This document shows, one piece after another, positions 32,877 to 34,031 of a stretch of 34,031 nucleotides of DNA (position 1 is its first letter; each line of letters starts with the position of its first letter). The DNA comes from a virus (lineage: Duplodnaviria; Caudoviricetes), in the IMG/VR virus record IMGVR_UViG_3300034116_001151, positions 1 through 34,031 of that record; one strand, written 5' to 3'. The notes below the pieces were generated by a model. That model saw nothing but the letters and a program-made list of their open reading frames with translations. It was not told the origin of the DNA and made no database searches. The translations under genes and the position numbers were made by a program.

Positions 32877-34031
32877 TATTTGTTATAATGTTGTTGTACC
32901 CTGTCCTTGTATTGCTCTTCTGTTATAAGAAGTGATTTAAGTACCTTGTCATCGGAAGGGTGTTCTGTAATACCGTTAAAACTTGGGACAAGACCAAGAT
33001 CTAACATTGCTTTCTGTCGACCGTATGGATGGTCTATAATACTGCTGCTGTTCCATACATGATCGAAATCTAAGTGATCGTAGTCTGCTCCGGGTTTTAC
33101 GTAGTTCTCAATCCATCGAATTGAGTCACACGTTATGTCCTCTGCGTTGTACGGATAACTGCCAGTGTCGTCGTATATCTTCATCATTACTGAATCCAAA
33201 AATACTTCTTCTTGCATTTTAGTAGACTTCTTTGCTAAATAGCTAACGCACTCCTTTGCATTCGTACCGTAATAAAATGGACTTTCACGGTTAACGAATT
33301 CAGGGAACCAATCGGCTATGTCAGCAATAAATGCAGCGTACTGAAATCTGAAAGCTCTAAGGCCTCTGTCTGTATTCCACTTAAACATAAAGTCTCCTAC
33401 TTCTCTCAAGTCTTTTTTATCGCCATTCTCTAAGAAGCTAGCTACGTCTTCTGCAAGTTGTGGAACGAATTCGCAAAGGAAATAATCTCCTCCACGTTTG
33501 TAATTGCCTTGAGGTTTAGGAAAACTTGGGAACTGATAGCCTACCGATGTGTAGAATGGTTTAGTGGCTCCTTTTATGATGTCTATCAGCTGAGGTATAT
33601 TGTCAGCTTGATGCATCTCGAACAAGAGCGTGTTGTGATAGCCTGAAGGCTTCATCGAGTAGTTAATACCAGAACCTGTTAATCTGTGAAACAAGAACAA
33701 ATAGATCCACTCCTTTAAACCAAACACGCTGCGCTTGCCTGTCCAATTTTTAGAAACGGTTTCTCTCTGTTTTGTCATATGACCTTGAGTCATTTTATTC
33801 CAGTAAGGGTGATCTTCGGAAAAACCATAAAAAACATCGTTAACTATCTGTGAGAATCCAGCGTACTTTCTTTCAACAACGTCGTATAGTTCAACGTGTT
33901 TCATTAAGTCATCGGGCACAGAGCTATCTGCATGTTTTATAATTCCTAAGTTACACTCTTCTTGTTGTGTTTTAGCCATTTGGTAATAGCGTAAAAATTC
34001 TTCGTAATACGGTGTGGTTGTAATCCACTTT
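32876..34031 (-). CDS. putative amino acid:DNA transferase / aGPT-Pplase-like DNA-modification protein, paralog 1; likely 5'-truncated by the window edge
   Basis: Frame stays open upstream of the track's ATG at 33979 (KWITTTPYYEEFLRYYQMAK). Motifs YDVVERKY, LFHRLTGS, FQYAAFIAD, YYGTNA and NAEDITCD. Confidence 0.55.
   Translation of the reverse strand, partial: KWITTTPYYEEFLRYYQMAKTQQEECNLGIIKHADSSVPDDLMKHVELYDVVERKYAGFSQIVNDVFYGFSEDHPYWNKMTQGHMTKQRETVSKNWTGKRSVFGLKEWIYLFLFHRLTGSGINYSMKPSGYHNTLLFEMHQADNIPQLIDIIKGATKPFYTSVGYQFPSFPKPQGNYKRGGDYFLCEFVPQLAEDVASFLENGDKKDLREVGDFMFKWNTDRGLRAFRFQYAAFIADIADWFPEFVNRESPFYYGTNAKECVSYLAKKSTKMQEEVFLDSVMMKIYDDTGSYPYNAEDITCDSIRWIENYVKPGADYDHLDFDHVWNSSSIIDHPYGRQKAMLDLGLVPSFNGITEHPSDDKVLKSLLITEEQYKDRVQQHYNK

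Noticed and set aside
1455-33646. Short overlapping ORFs in the track (e.g. 1455-, 3811-, 4837-, 5411-, 7105-, 7559-, 10926-, 13558-, 15441-, 17843-, 21347-, 22253-, 22906+, 24074+, 24818-, 25688+, 26686-, 31330+, 31380+, 31812-, 33458+)
   Set aside because: All overlap better-supported genes in another frame or strand and show no recognisable motifs.
1-34031. Genome-wide stop-codon reassignment
   Set aside because: Long ORFs of 1353 and 1524 aa are uninterrupted under the standard code, and coding density is already near complete.
1-34031. tRNA, rRNA or structured ncRNA genes
   Set aside because: Intergenic gaps are short and AT-rich, and I saw no cloverleaf or other structure apart from the terminator at about 31260-31295.

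Overview
This 34 kb AT-rich window is best read as part of a large contractile-tailed dsDNA phage genome. A Bacteroidota-like host is tentatively suggested by A-rich start regions lacking Shine-Dalgarno sequences. The left end holds a minus-strand replication/recombination pair (partial SbcD/Mre11-type nuclease and a DnaG-type primase). The plus strand then runs through a glutaredoxin, an HD hydrolase, a phage sigma-like factor and a baseplate module (gp5-like hub/spike pieces, gp25, gp6 and gp7-like wedges, tail-collar-like proteins). Next is a 1524-aa protein with a strict (Ser/Thr)-X mucin-like stalk and repeated Cys-bracketed domains. Directly downstream is a seven-gene glycosylation cassette: two GT60-like polypeptide GlcNAc-transferases, an FkbM methyltransferase, a GT10 fucosyltransferase-like enzyme, and HtrL/YibB-like and GT2-like proteins. 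The mucin-like region and the cassette appear to sit inside a split baseplate gene whose C-terminal piece resumes about 12.4 kb downstream. After a GIY-YIG endonuclease and a bidirectional terminator, a convergent minus-strand operon encodes two amino acid:DNA transferase (aGPT-Pplase)-like paralogs flanking a PD-(D/E)xK nuclease. The main candidate system is a phage-encoded, mucin-type O-glycosylation pathway for a virion appendage. All family calls come from motif recognition by eye, and no database search was run.
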